Assembly: GCA_001687465.1 (NCBI GenBank)
Contig: LVLI01000005.1
Location: 371,145 to 391,144, forward strand
Direction: 5' to 3'
Length of the DNA stretch: 20,000 nt
Source: Halocafeteria seosinensis
Taxonomy: Eukaryota
The notes beneath the pieces were generated by a model. That model was not told where the DNA came from and did no database searches. It saw nothing but the letters and a program-made list of their open reading frames with translations. Every line of letters begins with the position of its first letter. Within the stretch, counting starts at the first letter, position 1. The position numbers and the translations under genes were made by a program. Shown here piece after piece: positions 18,689 through 20,000 of the stretch.

Positions 18689-19119
18689 TTATGCGTATTC
18701 GCGCTGCTGCCGCTCGACTTCCTCAATATATTGTTTCATAGCATCCTCTTTGGACATCCCTGGGGACACATAATTGCATGGGGCTTCCGACATCCAACAG
18801 CACTGATAAACACCACTCACCCTTGTTGGCGTTCCAAGCATCCCATTTTGCTTTCCCTTCGAAGTCAAACATTCCAGGTCTGCAGAAATCAAAGCACATC
18901 ATAGAGGTGCAAGATACCGAAAGCGTGTTTTCGTCCATACGTCATACACACCCACACACCCAAGACCTACCGGCTCGTATTGCAGTCGCCTATGGTAGCC
19001 TGTTTGTAGAGGCCATAGGCTTTCAGTTTCTCGTCATTGGGCACTGTCTTGCTGGGCTTAAAGTTCCGAACACTCTCAGCGACTTGATTGAAGCGCTGTT
19101 CCAGATCTGAATCGGCCAT
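18689..19119 (-). CDS. ACBP: Acyl-CoA-binding protein (ACBP/DBI), 92 aa; exons 19119-18971, 18879-18821, 18759-18689
   Basis: Spliced translation: [92 protein letters not shown]. It carries the ACBP signatures [12 protein letters not shown] and KGMSKEDAM. Exons of 149+59+71 = 279 nt are in frame. The start context is ACCATGG. Confidence 0.96.
18760..18820 (-). other. Spliceosomal intron 2 of ACBP (61 nt, phase 1)
   Basis: Minus strand GTGAGT...CCCCAG, splitting the Gly codon (G/GG) of K-G-M-S. Confidence 0.93.
18880..18970 (-). other. Spliceosomal intron 1 of ACBP (91 nt, phase 2)
   Basis: Minus strand GTAGGT...TTTCTGCAG, splitting the Arg codon (CG/A) of S-R-P-G. Confidence 0.93.
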
Positions 19120-19366
19120 GGTTGCTTAATAAGACAAGACAACAACAACAAAACGATGATGCCAAACGAGTAAAATAAAGATATAACTTGTATAGTTTGA
19201 CAACTCTTGAAAATGTAGAGATCGTACATGAATTAGACTACAAATGCGCTAGAGCTAGCTGCTGCTGCTAGCTACGAAGTGCTCAATCACCATGATAACA
19301 TACCGCTGTGAAACAACCAGTGCTAGTAAGTACATTTGACGTACACAACATTGGAAGACCGAGAAA

Positions 19367-19756
19367 GTTACGCTGTATGGCTTCCGTGAATGGAGTGGAA
19401 CGTTGCTGGGTGCTGCTGTTTCGCTTCCTCCCTAGACCTGGGTAGCTGCACCTTCTTCGACCTCGAGCAGGAGATGTACTTTAATCTGGGCTATGATGAC
19501 GAAAATGAGGTGGACGGAATCTCTGGGGAGCCCCCTCCCGCGTCAGGTGGAGGCTTGTCATTGGTCACAACTGTTGCGTCGGGAACAACACTTCATCCTG
19601 CCTGCGCGGTCTTGGCGTTGGCGCCGCTGTGGCAGGCTCAGGGTCTTCTCCTGCCAGACTGAGCCTTGTCGGTACCTCTGACATTGTGGGCGCAGGCATG
19701 GCTCCTCCCCCGATGCCTCCTGAGCTTAACCAGTGCTGTGTTCCCNCACGGTGCAT
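19367..19756 (-). other. Unassigned GC-richer segment with coding-like but interrupted reading frames (possible decayed gene or repeat fragment)
   Basis: The minus-strand ORF (…MPAPTMSEVPTRLSLAGEDPEPATAAPTPRPRRQDEVLFPTQQL*) has a GCCATG context at 19699. A shifted frame continues with Pro/Ser-rich sequence (VVPDATVVTNDKPPPDAGGGSPEIPSTSFSSS*PRLKY...). A 90-aa plus-strand ORF (19390-19662) overlaps it. I recognise no domain, and there is an ambiguous base at 19746. Confidence 0.2.
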
Positions 19757-20000
19757 GTCAGCAAGGCTGCAGGAACAGCGGGCCCGTCGCTGCTTAACAC
19801 GGGCGCATACCGCCCCTCGTTAAGAGGATGTGGTCAACTCCCCGGCTGTGTGCAGAGCCGGCAGACTTTTGTAGCGCTATAAATAACGTATTAGTGGACT
19901 ATATTGGTTAAATTAAAGGTTTACATACTCGCACTGTCCTAAATTGTCCTGTGGCAGCCCTCCTCTCTACACATACCCGCAATCCTGGCTAGGTTAAGGG

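Noticed and set aside
1..19119. Alternative genetic code or stop-codon readthrough
   Set aside because: A 15-kb ORF has no in-frame stops, conserved motifs translate correctly in the standard code, and genes end at TAG or TAA where homology ends.
19246..19274. GCTAG/GCT low-complexity, quasi-palindromic run upstream of ACBP
   Set aside because: Too short and simple to distinguish from a chance microsatellite.
19989..20000. CTAGGTTAAGGG at the window edge resembling a telomeric repeat
   Set aside because: It is a single degenerate unit truncated by the window boundary, with no tandem array visible.

Overview
Gene-dense eukaryotic window, probably from a flagellated protist. The lineage cannot be fixed from sequence alone. 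It reads in the standard genetic code and has short GT-AG introns of about 60-90 nt. (1) 1-15045 (+): a 5'-truncated, stop-free and apparently intronless axonemal dynein heavy chain of >5000 aa. It is a single-headed inner-arm type with a DNAH3/7/12-like motor and several large insertions. (2) 15112-15486 (-): a small orphan gene with one predicted membrane helix, converging on the dynein 3' end. (3) 15763-18551 (+): a 3-exon DDX24/MAK5 DEAD-box helicase. (4) 18689-19119 (-): a 3-exon acyl-CoA-binding protein that the ORF track splits into fragments. (5) About 19330-20000: an unassigned GC-richer stretch with broken ORFs and clustered hairpins. I see no mobile element, CRISPR array or RNA gene, and no clearly new multi-gene system. 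The most promising oddities are a coiled-coil hairpin with a poly-Lys tip inserted between dynein AAA3 and AAA4, recurring basic KGKGKK and RGHR..KH insertions in that dynein, a possible DNAH1-like tail on a DNAH3/7/12-like motor, and a candidate 4-nt intron slide in ACBP.
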